Below, one piece after another: positions 13,231 through 25,642 of a stretch of DNA of 64,000 nucleotides. Location: contig NC_087245.1 of NCBI RefSeq assembly GCF_037042905.1, positions 6,822,001-6,886,000 of the forward strand, written 5' to 3'. The notes under the pieces were generated by a model. It was not told the DNA's origin and did no database searches. It was given only the letters and a program-made list of their open reading frames with translations. This DNA is from Lytechinus pictus. Its lineage: Eukaryota. Positions within the stretch are counted from its first letter, which is position 1; every line of letters begins with the position of its first letter. A program made the position numbers and the translations under genes.

Positions 13231-13460
13231 TTCCTTTCTTTCTTTCTTTTCTCCTTTCTTTCTTTTCTCTTTCTTTCACTACTTTCTCTTTCTTTTTTTT
13301 CTTTCTCTTTCTCTTTCTCTTTAACTTCTTTCTTTCCCCTTTCTTCTTTCTTTTTTCCCCTATTCGCCCTCTTTTCATTTTCCTGACGGCAGCAGTGATT
13401 TACCGATATCCAAATTATTTCGGGGTGTCGCACCCCCCCCCCCCTTTAACAACGGTCCTG
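11622..13460. mobile_element. Composite repeat with a GCGAGCGCGAAGCGCGAGCT tandem array and (TTTC)n
   Basis: About 10 degenerate units in 11880-12720; same architecture as 46714-48184; no clear TSD. Confidence 0.55.
13027..13340. repeat. (TTTC)n/(TTCC)n microsatellite
   Basis: Direct reading. Confidence 0.97.
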
Positions 13461-13960
13461 CTAAGAGACTGCAAGAAATGAAGGAAATGGGTGAAAATAC
13501 GTGTAGCAACATCTTCTTGGAAGATTGCCACAAAAATGAAAGTTTACGGATATTGTGCAGCCACTCTTTTCCAGTCAAAAAAGGAAAAGGACAGGGATTT
13601 AGCTATTACATGTATTAATGGCCGACAGAAAGGAGTGACTTGCTTTGATTATAGTCCAGACTTAAAATAATTGAGGCACCGAATCAGAAAAGTCGCGCAA
13701 AAAAGCTTCTCACAACATATTAGTACGAATAATATCTAACAGGCCTAATGTACACACATGCACAAAAATCCACATGAATAATCAATCACAACGTCTGTCC
13801 TCTGTGAATCATGTGAGTTCGATACAATTCTGTTTTCTTTTCTTTTTTCTTTTTTTAGAAATGAAATGTTGTAATTTAAGTGACATTATATTAACTACGC
13901 CGTAATAAAGGTTTGTAATTCCGCGGTTTGGAGAGATTCGCTGATGAGATATATTCTTAC

Positions 13961-14024
13961 GGAAATCCAACCTCGTTCTCACTGTCGTGAAAATGAAAAA
14001 CTGTCGCGAAAATTTGAGAACCAT
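13961..14024 (-). CDS. Second candidate alternative first exon of gene A (MVLKFSRQFFIFTTVRTRLDF + 1 nt)
   Basis: ATG at 14024 and tcc|gtaaga donor at 13960; also 64 nt and phase 1; CpG-enriched, apparently non-repetitive context. Confidence 0.3.
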
Positions 14025-14207
14025 TCAAACATTTTCTATAATCAATACAATTGCCACGGCTGATCTGATAAGGTCACTGCGATTACTCCACGATTAAGTA
14101 CGCCGTTTGAATCGTGACTTGACGAACAAACTGATTTTCGGTTATACAATGGCCCGATAGAATTCGTGAGTGTACGTTTTCGTATTTCTTGAGTTATTCT
14201 TTCTTAA

Positions 14208-14786
14208 AGGGATGGTCCAGGCTGAAGATATTTATATCTGAATAGAATATTCACAGAGCAAAATGTTGAAAATTTCATCAAAATCGGATAATAAATACGA
14301 AGTTATTGAATGTTAAAATTTAGCAATATTTTGTGAAACAGTTATATGCACGTCGTCATGAATATTTATTAGGAGGCCTGATGATGTCACATCCCAACAT
14401 TCCCTTTTCTTATGTTATTACATGAAATAACAATTGTTTCATATTTTCATACATAACTTGTGTAAATGATGTGTCTCCATTATGATGAAATAAGTTGCAG
14501 CAATAAAGAAAATGTACTTAATCAGTTTTCAATCCAATTGTTTTAGTTCTTGGTAGAATTTTTTTTGAATAAACCCAATTTCATAATACAAGTGGTGATA
14601 TCATCAGCCCACCTAACGAATATTCATGAAGACGTGCCTAGAACTGTTTCACCGGAATAATTCAAATCTTTAAAATGTAATAACTTCGTTATTTGTTATC
14701 CGATTTCAATCAAATTTTCTGAATTTTGCTCTGTGAATTTCACTCTAATTATTATGATATAAATATCTTCAGCCTGGACTATCCCT
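14208..14786. mobile_element. TTAA-type MITE family 2
   Basis: AGGGATGGTCCAGGCTGAAGATATTTATATC...GATATAAATATCTTCAGCCTGGACTATCCCT long TIRs. Confidence 0.8.
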
Positions 14787-16521
14787 ACTACAGATAGACT
14801 GGGCACGAACAAATCACGACCGCCGACATTCTGTTTTTCTTTCATCTTCTTGAATAAAGGTTGTCAATGACAGCCTTAAGGTTTGTCCGATAGGATAGCA
14901 ACGACTAATGTTGATGTGTAGATTCAATCCGTAACATCCCACAGAGGGGAGACCTTTGAAGGATCTCTGAAAGACCGAAAATTGGCAAGGTCTCACGGCA
15001 GTCTCCAAGATCACTGAAATTGGTCATCTCTGTGGAATGGCTCAGAAAGACCCCTCAAAGAACTCTGAAAGACTAATCGATATCCATAAAACAGATTTAA
15101 CCCTAATAGCGCCGGGTTATTTGGACCCATTTCACAGCCGCCTTCTCATATAGATTTCGACCACCAATCGCCGCGAAAATTTGCAGAGGTAATGCGCGAT
15201 GAAATATACAAGGCTGTATGGTTATTTTCCCCCAATTAAAAGGATTTTTTATATGAGTTAATTATGCAAATTTATGCATACAATAAAGATTTTGCTTTAA
15301 TGAACCTAATACATCCCCCTAACAGCTTATTTTCTATTCACAGACTCTATGTACGATTCTGATCAAATTTACATGACAAAATCGGTATTGCAAATTTTCT
15401 TATGTATTTTATTGGTTTTTATGCATTTTATTTTTTTCGACCTTTTGTTTTTAATGTTTTTTTTATTAAGTGAAAATCTTTGCCGACTTAATTCTGATCA
15501 AGGCAAAATTAATTGATTTTAATCAGTAAAAGTAGGAATAATAAAATATTTACGAATATTTGGCTAAAAACAGCATTGGATTTGTATGAATTCAGGTTTT
15601 ATGAGCAATTTGGCGTCCGACATGTACTTAGGCCTACGTAATTGTAGCGTAATTTCGTAACCGCATACCCGAGCGTCGCCAATTATTGGTCTCAGGAATT
15701 GCGCGAGACTAAAAGAGTCGGCGAGCGGCGCGGTTGAATTAAATATTTCGCGCGGCGGATCGGATTTATCGCGAAAAATGTGAAGGGGCGGATCCCCCCT
15801 CCCAGGGCCTATAATTATAGTCAAGGTTGACAAGGCTCCACCAGTACTCATCACAGATGCGAAAAAGTACAGCAGAATTACGATGCCTTGAAAAACATCG
15901 AAATCATACCTATCTAAATCCATATATTTTCACCTATAATTTTCTTTAAACATAAAGCAGTATGTGGTGAATATTGGAATCCTTGAATGCACAGATTTGG
16001 GAATCTATAAATTAAACATGAACATGACGTACAAGTGCATGAGTTTTGCTTGCATGCGACGCCACTATTAGAATTTAAAACCATTTTATTTTATCATGTT
16101 AATATGCACCTCAGTTTCTCATCTCACTTTCGGGGTGATGTTGACCTTTAACATAATTTTGTATAAAGCCGACACGTAGGCCTAGATCTACATGTAGAAA
16201 TTTAATTGATAATATAAACTCTAAACGGCACACACTATCAATTTATAAATCAATGTCCCCCTTATAATTTACATGTCACTGCTCCTTTCAGTTGTGGTAG
16301 TGTTGAATATCAGTTACAGCCGACATCCGCATGATAACTTTGAAAGTAGACTGTTCTAAACTCTTAGAACATGGGATTTACTGGTGTATTGGCAATGAAA
16401 GACGAACTTACAATTACATGATCATATCATAAAAGTGTATTTGGAGGAAATCCACCGGAAATCTATGGCGTGCACGCTTGTATTGTTGCAATTACATGTA
16501 ACTTTCAGTTGCCCCGCCTCG

Positions 16522-16780
16522 CATTAGCGTACCTACGGGGGGCAGACTGCCCCCCCCCCCTGACGAGTCACAACCAATGCAAGGGACGTATCCCTGCCCC
16601 CTGACGAGTCACAACTGATCCCTGACGAGCCACAAGTGGTCCGCTCCTTTGAACTTGAAGACATTTTTTCTGGTACGAAATCCTTTATTTGTGGTTGAAG
16701 ACCTTTTTTTTTTGCTTGTCAAATTTTTTGGCGGACGAATTTGCCCCCCCCCCCTTTGGAAAATCCTAGGTACGCCATTG
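16522..16780. mobile_element. hAT-like MITE with 8-bp TSD
   Basis: TSD CCGCCTCG (16514-16521, 16781-16788); termini CATTAGCGTACCTA / TAGGTACGCCATTG. Confidence 0.8.
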
Positions 16781-17389
16781 CCGCCTCGTTTATATATTTT
16801 TTCTCTCTCCAATAAAGAAACTGTAAACAATAACTACAAACTGCATGTATGCATGTGAATCGGTCCAATTACTTGTTGCTTGACTAGCCATGTTCGATTT
16901 TTTTTTTGGTAGTTTTTTATTCTTGTTTCCAACAACGAAATGGGCCGATTCACATGCATGCATATCGCATGCAACAGATTATTGTTTCAGTTAATTTTAC
17001 TTCTAAGAGGTAAAGTAGACTGGTATACGTGTAGGTCTACATGTACTTGGAGACTTCTAGTTGTATCGATATAAAATCAATGACCAAAAAACAAAAAAGA
17101 CCATGACATGAGATGATCATAAAATTAATTCACTGCAGCGTACGTACGTCCAACAGGACAGGCCTGATTCCATATGTAATCCCGTATACCAGCAAACATA
17201 AGTTTCAAGTACCTGACGATTGGTTTGATTTCACATTTTAAGAGTCCAGTTTTCAGCTTTAAAAAAATGGTTACAATAAAAAGGAGGGAGCACCTCCGAT
17301 AGTTTCGCATTCAAAGATAGCAGTGCTGACTTGGAAAACAACGTAGAAGTTTATTTATTCACATAAAATATCACTTGATGATAAAACAC

Positions 17390-17923
17390 TAACAAGGCAA
17401 AAGCGATTTTGTGTCTCGTCCACTTATGAAAATAACCAGAAATTTTGTGATTTGTGAGGGCACGCAACAGAATTGTATCGAAACTTCATTGTGAAATGAC
17501 TGGGATGGAATAACACTTGTCATATTAAAGAGCCTTGCACGTAAACTTTAACGTTGACCTGAAAATGACCTTTGACCTTACCATGTGACTTCCGATTGCA
17601 GCCTATATAACATGCAGGTCCCCCAAGTCCATCCACCATAAAGTTTGGTTGAAAAGTGACTTACGGTTGCGGAGTTAGGTGTCATAAGAGAGTCTTGCAT
17701 GTAAACTTTAACGTTGACCTGCATGTAAACATTAACGTTGACCTGAAAATGACCTTTGACCTTACCATGTGACCTCCGACTGCAGCATATCATGCAGGTC
17801 CCCCAAGTCCATTTACCATCCAAGTTTGGTTGAAAAGCGACTTACGGTTGTGGAGTTATGTGTCATTAGGTTTATGACGGACGGACGACGGACGGACATT
17901 ACCTCTGGTGGGCGAAACAAAAA
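17390..17923. mobile_element. Helentron-associated (HINE-like) element with internal tandem repeats
   Basis: Short inverted repeats TTTGTGTCTCGTCCAC / GTGGGCGAAACAAA, two roughly 180-bp TGACCTTTGACC units, (GACG)n near 17876-17897. Confidence 0.55.
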
Positions 17924-18419
17924 CGAACCTTGACTTGATCGTGCGACCTGAAACTCAAGCAAAATGATTAGTGATGCTTGGATGTATTTATCAGTCTAAT
18001 GTACAAGTTTCATGAAACATGACATTTCAAAACTTAACCTTGTTTAAGATGTCAATCTTGACGACGCCGTCGCCGCAGCCACCGTCGGAAAAGCGGCGCC
18101 TACAGTCTAGTCTGCTGTACAAACCCTTCACTCGAGTTAAGGGTCTGAATGTGCAGCCTATTATGCATTGTGTACTGAAGGACCTCTCGTTCAAAGTTTA
18201 TAAGTGCTAGTATTTGCGTGGAGACCCACTTGTTAATCAAAGTTTCAATCAGGATCTGAGCCTGCAGACTAAAAATGGCGAGAGAAAAAAAAATCAAATT
18301 TAAAAGAAAATAGCGTATATCAGCGCAGTGACAGAATGAGGGGTATCCATCGCACGCGTATAAAATGAACCAAAAGAACCACAAAATTTCCGGTCATATC
18401 ATGGTATGAACAGGCTTAA

Positions 18420-19885
18420 TGGTGTAATGAGGCGACGATTTTGAGAGGACCAGACATTGCGTATCAGGCATAATTCATCTTTAAACAAAAAATTGCGAGT
18501 GAGCGAAGCGACCGAGCAAAAATTTTGACATTTTTAATACAAAAATCCAATTTTGTGATAGATTTTGACATGATATCCAGAGAATAATACATTACACTCT
18601 TCTCTCTTTCCATTCCTTTTTTTAAAGTCTGTATGCCACTGTGAACATGATTCTTTGCGGCAGTAGCGTGAAGAGTAAAAACACGAGCGAGCGAAGCGAG
18701 CCAGAATAAAAATCACATTTTCATGAGAATTTAACTTTGAGATATTTTTTGACCTTTTTTTCAGTAAATAAAATCATATCCTACACTTTTCATTTGCTTT
18801 TCTTTCCTCCTTTTTTTCTTGGTTGTAGAACTTTTGGGGACCATGGCCCAACCCTTCCATACTCATATACGACAGTGCTATGCAGTTGGGGTCCGTCCGG
18901 AGCCCCCGGAACTTCTTGATATCAAAGCCATTTAAACCTCGCAGATTGCCGCTATTTTTAATCAAATCGCAGGTATATACAGAATATAGCTTTTACACAA
19001 CACATTTATTCAACCCAGTTGAACCAAATATTTTGAGGGGGCAAAACATAGCAATGTGGGAAATTTGTAAAAAGTCGCCAGCGAGCCGGAAAAAAATGCC
19101 TGTTGAAATTAAATTTTAATTATGTGATCCATTATAATTATTCAGCAAATAACATATTTCATTGTTTCCATTCATTTCATTATGCGTTGTCTCCTATAAT
19201 TTCTTTTATTTCCTCTTGGGTGTGGAACCAAGACCCCCCTGCGCCTGTACGCCAGTGATTGAACGTAAAGCTTAATGTAGGAAGGGTCCCTGCAGTGGCG
19301 TTATAGAGCCAGTTAAAGGTTATAGATGAAGAGCCCCTACTGCATGGGGTCTGGGGCAAAGCCTCGGTAGCTTATTTGTATAAAATTTAGCAAGTTTATA
19401 GCGCAATGTTGCATGCAGTCCATCTTTCTTCCCGCTCTTTATTTTCTATCCTCGGCAGCCCGGTCATGTTATTAAGTTTTTTTTCTTGTCCCTTTTCTTT
19501 GTGTTCCTATTTAGCTTTTGACTAGTTCCATTCTACCTTCATGACCTTCATTTCCCGTTATTGTTTGCCATTTTGTCATCTTTATTTCCCATCATGCTAT
19601 TGCATAGGCCTATTTCGGAATGATTTGTTCTTTCTAAAATGTTCTTTCGTTCCTTTTCCCGCTTTCCTTCCTTTTCCATTAAAATATGTTTTTCTTCTTC
19701 GTTTTCTTTTCAATTTTCCCTTTCCTTTTCCCTTTCCCTTTCCTTTTCCTCCTTTCCTTTCCCCTTTCCTTCCCCTTTCCCTTTTTTCTTTCTCCCTCCC
19801 TTTTCTGTTTTTCCCGTTTTTATTTTTTATTTTCCCGGTGAGATCCGCCAGGGGGGCAGCTTGCCCCCCTGCCCCTCCGCCTGTT
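18420..19885 (+). repeat. About 1.4-kb composite dispersed repeat, copy 1
   Basis: Collinear shared blocks with 29812-31320, e.g. GCCGCTATTTTTAATCAAAT and GAAGAGCCCCTACTGCATGGGGTCTGGG. Confidence 0.7.
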
Positions 19886-20229
19886 TAACAGGAGCCACGC
19901 GAGCCATCAATCATCCATGCATTATGAACTTGTCACCACTGAATACCGAGCTATACAGTCATCGGAGCCATTAAAAACGCCAGTTACTATTTGCATATAA
20001 ATCAATTTGACAATGAATTTGAATGTGTGGAGGAATTTAATTGGCATCTGCAGATCGGTACATCGCCCATTGTTCGTTCGTTTGTCACTACCATCGACGT
20101 TTACAAAGTCGTTTACATGCAGCTCTATCATGGAACACAGATCACCTCCATCATGTCCATCATCAGCAATTCATAAAAGACATCACCATCACTCATGCAA
20201 ATGTAATCATACAATCATTTTTTTTCAAT

Positions 20230-20370
20230 GAACATCATCGTCATTATCATAATCGTCATCATCATCATCATGCATCATCACCTTCACCACCATCATCACC
20301 ATATTCGCTGCCATCGTCATTATCATCATCTACGTCATCATCGTCATCATTATCACCACGCTTCATCACA
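20230..20370. repeat. Degenerate (CAT)n trinucleotide repeat
   Basis: Direct reading. Confidence 0.9.
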
Positions 20371-21883
20371 ACTTGACAGCCATGCTACAATTCAACTGCA
20401 GGCCTTGTGTTCATCGATGGCTATATTATTGCAAAAATAAGTATTAAAGATACTATTGCTGGTTTATCAAGTTATGAGAGAAGTACGTGTATATAGGTAT
20501 GGGTGAAGTTTGAAGAAAAAACAATAGGAAATTTGTGATTTAAAAAGTTGTAAAAATCTGTATCTCTGCCGGAATTTCAAACTGGCTGCATGCGAATGAA
20601 AAAAATAATCGAGTCTCGAGATGTCATTTTACTAAAGAAATACTCAGAATAACATTTTTTAGGAGGTACGGATGTTGATATTTATAGAGAGCAAATAAGC
20701 ACAGTATAAACCACAAGTTCCTGATACTAGTAATCAAGTACACAAGGGGGGGGGGGGTTGTTCCTCCTAATTGTTACAATTCACTCATCAAATTGCCAAT
20801 TCGAGAAACATCCTGATGTAGAAATTTTTTTTCATACTTCCACCATTCTGTCATCCTTTTACACTGACTATTGCATCACCACGCTATAGTATTAACCCTC
20901 TAAAGTCTAAAACATGATATGTGGTGGTGAGAATACGCCTATACCTAAACCCTTTTTCATGTATACGTCTGTCTGTTTATTTGTAAATATTGAAACAAAT
21001 TACTCATGTAACGCATAAGCATGATAAGGCAAAAGAAACTTAAAGCGGGACAGAAGTACGAGGCATATTTTCTAAAAGTCTGCGAGCGAAGAAAGCAAGC
21101 AAAATTTTGACCGTTTTAATAGAAAAAAATAATTTTGAGTTAGATTTTAATATAATTTTTAGAACATAATAATATATTTCACAAATTTTCCCTTCCCTTT
21201 CTCCCCTTTTCTTGGTCGTGAAAATTCTGTGGTCCATTGCCCTCAACCCCCATCTGTACGCCAATGAATGTTTCAATTTTGGGCATTTCTGTGAATGTAT
21301 CAACTTCAGGTTAAAATTTCGAAATTCATGAGCTAAACAAAAACTGCATATCATTTGAAAGTTGAGACATCAAATTGTCCAGATTTGTGACTTTCAAATA
21401 GGGTTAACCAAGGTGAAGGTCAACACACCCTATAGTTTATTGGGACATTTAAGATACTTTGTTTTACTTTATACATGTATGTACATGTATCTAACATTTT
21501 ATTCTCAGAATCGAGTTCATTGATTTTCTTTTCTTTATGGTAAAAGTAAGTTATTTCCATTTCCAGCTCCAATAAATACCGATATATTTTTCTTCAATTT
21601 GAGTTTTCTAATAATACTTAATTGACATTTTATTGCATAGCATGTAAGGTTGTATACGTCCATCACAAAAATACACTTTTTAGGATTTACGGGAAACAAA
21701 GTATTCAGCAAATGTCAATGCAAAATTAACTTGAGGGTCTCTACTCTCTAGCCACTTGACCCAAAAGTTAATTTTTATTCTTGCTAATTACGAGCGGTAG
21801 GACGTACCCTTTTTTGTGTATTCATGTCAAACCATCACAGTGCTAGTTACTGTAAAAGATCTGTTATTTTCGTGTGTTGTTAA

Positions 21884-22419
21884 AGGACAAGTCCACCCCA
21901 ACAAAAAAAAATCGCATGTAAAATAAGAAAGTTATGACATCTTAAATTTTCGCTTAATATCATAAAATAGATACAGTGCACATCCTGATCGGTATGCAAA
22001 TGAGAAGACTGATGACGTCATCCCCCACTATACATGCTACATGACGTTTGTATTTTATTATGAAATGTCTAATTTTCTCATTGTCAAGTGAAACAACGAT
22101 TAATTTCTCCCTGAACATGTGGAATTAGCATTCTGTTATATACAGTACTATGGTTCAAGTTGTCAAATCTGTAAAATAATGAAATAATGTATACTTAAAA
22201 CAATAAAAAACAAAAGAAATCGTGAGTGAGGGACAATAATTTGCCTTTTCACTGAATTGTGCATAAAAATTATCAACGTTTTGTGAAAAATAGTGAAACT
22301 TTAAAACGTCGTAACTTTCTTATTTTACATCCAATTTCGATGAAATTTTCAGCGTTATGCTGGTTTGATTTTTCTCTATTTATTCAAATCAACATTTTTT
22401 TCTGGGGTGGACTTGACCT
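21884..22419. mobile_element. TTAA-type (Kolobok-like) MITE family 1, copy 2
   Basis: TTAA|AGGACAAGTCCACCCCA...TGGGGTGGACTTGACCT|TTAA. Confidence 0.85.
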
Positions 22420-23717
22420 TTAACTATAATTTGACATCTCCTCCTTACACTCATACCTGAATTTGAAGAAAATACCTGAATAATTCACAGGAATTTTTAA
22501 CTGATACACGGGGGCGGCGGGCGAATTCGCCCCGAAAATGCCTAAAGTCGCCCTCGAAATCACCCAAAATCATGCTTTCGGGGGGGGGGGGCAAATTATT
22601 GCCGAGCGATAACAACTCAGCGGCCCACGAGGGCGCCATATGCTCGAGCTCCGCTTACCATTTAAAAATCATCAAAATCGTACTTTATTGTGCATGTACA
22701 TGTGTACAATGATGGGCCTAAAATAAAAAATGATTGGCATAATATTAATGAGACGGAGTTGTGCACACACCCGAATCAAGTACGTAATTACAGGCTGCAG
22801 TAACTAACTCATAATATTGTCACTTACAATTGGCCAGCCGATGAGGCCAGCAACAATCATGCCACGACAATCACTCGACCTTCATCGTAAATACACTACA
22901 TAAATACAGCAAAAGCCTACCACGACTACGTGTATCGATTAATATACAGATGATTCAGCATGTTCAGAGTGATTTTCTACAATTTCTAATCCAAATGATT
23001 TATTTTCATAATACATTCCATGTACTTTCGCATTGTGTCTGGACTCTGGAGTAGTATGACTAGGCAAAAATGATAGTAATTTCCAAAACTTACAGTTTTT
23101 ATTTTATTATTTTTTTTACTGGAAATTCTGGAAAACGGACATTCTTTTTGTAATAATGAACACGATAGGTATCTAACCAAACAATTTATGGCAGCACCGC
23201 AGCACAAGTGGGAGCCGAAATTTTTTAGATTCTTACTTGAAAATTGTATTTGAATAAAAAAAATAGATTTCTAAGACTAAAAAACAGGACAACCGAAGCG
23301 ATGTTATCTTGAACAGGATGAGTATATTAATAAACAATTGATGCGAGCGCGAAGCGCGAGCTGATATTTTATAAATTCTGACCTGGCAACTGAACATTCT
23401 GTTGTTGTTGTTGTGTTTTTTTAAAGATCTTTGAAAACGGGACATTCTTTGCATTATTTGTATGTTCTGAGTTGATCAAAACTGGACAAAATACGTTTTT
23501 AAATAAAGAACCAAATACCAATAAAGCTGAATTTTTGATGTACTGAAGGGAACCTTTTAAGCACTTTCCAAAATGCGCGAGCTAAATTTTTTGTTGATTT
23601 AGACCGTCAACCGGGACATTCTGATCACTATTCACTGTCAGTACGAAAAGAAGATTTTTGCGTAGACAAAATACTAGTAGTCGAGGCTTAATTATGGTTA
23701 GTAATAGAAACACCATA

Positions 23718-24535
23718 CACTGTAAAAAAAAAATTATCTAAATTAGTAGTTTTAAGTAGAACTTATTATTTGTAATTAATTCTTTTTCGGTAGATTTAAC
23801 TTGTCTTTTAATTTACGTGATTTACTTAATTTATTTGGGTTCAGTATACATTTACGAATATTCACGTATTGCTAGCTTGCTTCGATGAAGTAAATCAAAC
23901 TCAAATTGAATTAGGCAAAGATAATTATTACTTATAAAATCATGATGAATGTACTTATTTTTTCAATTAACACCTTATTTAAATAATACAGGAATATTCA
24001 TTAAGGGCAAGTAAATGTTAAAAATTTCAAATAACTGTCATATCCATTTGTGTTTGATTTTTTTTGGATTAGGATGTGCAAAATATCTTATTCTTTTGTT
24101 GAATCAAAGAAAGAGCAACATTAAATAATCACTCATCAGAAAATATCAGATTTCTTTTTTTTCTTCGGAAAATATTAATATTATTCTCACTGTTTTATAT
24201 GTTAGATTGAACCGGTCACGTATGTCAGTACCGGTACCTAAATACCTATCATGTACTTGTAGGTAAGTGACAATGCATAAAGTCTAATATTTGGATAAAA
24301 GATGTCTAAGATGAAAATGATGCCACTGAAAGTGGGACGATGGTGGAGCGGACTTTCGAATCACGAAAGTCCACTCCATTTGTTTTTTGTTTTTTCAGTG
24401 ATTATTTTGCTTAATTGTAACTTAATTTACTTGAATAAAATGGATGCAAAGAAAATAATTACATTTTATTTAAAACTGCCAAACTTATAAATACTTGAAA
24501 AAATTGAAGCAATTTCAAACATTTTTTTTACAGTG
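23718..24535. mobile_element. CACT-terminus (EnSpm-like) MITE with TA flanks
   Basis: TA|CACTGTAAAAAAA...TTTTTTTACAGTG|TA. Confidence 0.65.
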
Positions 24536-25336
24536 TAGTTGTAAGGTCTAGATATCTAGGCCATATAAATGTAGCTCTCCTTAGCCTACGACTCTATCTA
24601 ATTTCACATGTAGAATAATGTCAGTTTTATACATTCACAGGAAGTTAGGAGGTAGAGCCCTAGTATTCCCTGTTCAAATATCTACTGGGCGAGCTGGAAA
24701 CCCGGGGTTGGAAATTAGGGGTAGCAAGCATTTGGAAAGAAGGCCTGAAAGGCTGAAGGGGCCTTCCAGATAATGAGCGAGAGGGAAAAGAGAAAAGAGA
24801 AAAGAGAAAGAAAGAAGGCATCGGAGGGGGAAGAAAGAGTCAATGCGAACATAGGATTTAAAACTATTTAGTCCGAGTTTAATTTTGTTAAACGTCAGTT
24901 GTGACAGTAGATCTAGATCTACCTGTAACACGTTAGGCCTACTTAATAACTTGAGCCTGAGGCTGTGGCTAGATATTACGAGGAGGCTTGCCTTGCCCTT
25001 GACTGTTCTGTGTTGACCTGATGTCAGACATAAGAAATCATAAATTGGCACGGTGATAAGATTTGATGTAGACAATCGTTGGATTGTTTTTCAACCCTTA
25101 TCAAGCCCTAAATCGCTTTCACTGCAGAAATCTACACTCATCCCCACTCATCTCACTCGTCTTTAATAGTCTCTTTCAATACCATATCTAACAGTAACAG
25201 GATGCATCCACGAACTGGAAACGATGTACATGTGAAAGTGAAACACAGCATATCAGCAGGTCCATCACACAGTTCATGCACACTCGGCGCAAAGGAGTGA
25301 TAAAAAATTCAGAGAAAAAATGTAAAAAGAACTTAC

Positions 25337-25400
25337 GGGAATACCGGCATTTCGACACACATTTATCTCCTTCCTCGTGTTGAATAGCAGTCCTAGCCAT
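25337..25400 (-). CDS. Candidate first coding exon of gene A (MARTAIQHEEGDKCVSKCRYS + 1 nt)
   Basis: ATG at 25400, donor ccc|gtaagt at 25336. 64 nt = phase 1, in frame with the open phase-1 acceptor at 8541. CpG-rich upstream region with a GC box. Confidence 0.55.
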
Positions 25401-25630
25401 GAAATTAATCTCTAATATTTTCCACTGGATCCCGATATTGTCATCTAAAATAATGTCAATCGATGTTTACTCAGCGTACACAGAAGTAGAAGCGACATGT
25501 AACATGGGAGGACCGGTGCCGTACTACTATACCGTACCGCGGTATACGGTACGCATCGTACGATCTTCACGTTCGATTTCAGTGTGAGCGATTGTGTGTA
25601 CGAATGTGTGTGTGTAAAACGCCGGGTGAT

Positions 25631-25642
25631 GGACACGCCCCC
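25631..25642 (-). promoter_or_regulatory. GC box (Sp/KLF-like GGGGGCGTGTCC) upstream of the candidate gene A first exon
   Basis: ggacacgccccc on the + strand, in a local CpG-rich patch (about 25480-25640) within AT-rich DNA. Confidence 0.35.

Noticed and set aside
12963..13433. Long K/E/R-rich and S/F/L-rich ORFs
   Set aside because: Translations of the (TTTC)n/(TTCC)n microsatellite
19991..20440. His-, Ser- and Ile-rich ORFs
   Set aside because: Arise from a degenerate (CAT)n repeat; no splice or domain support
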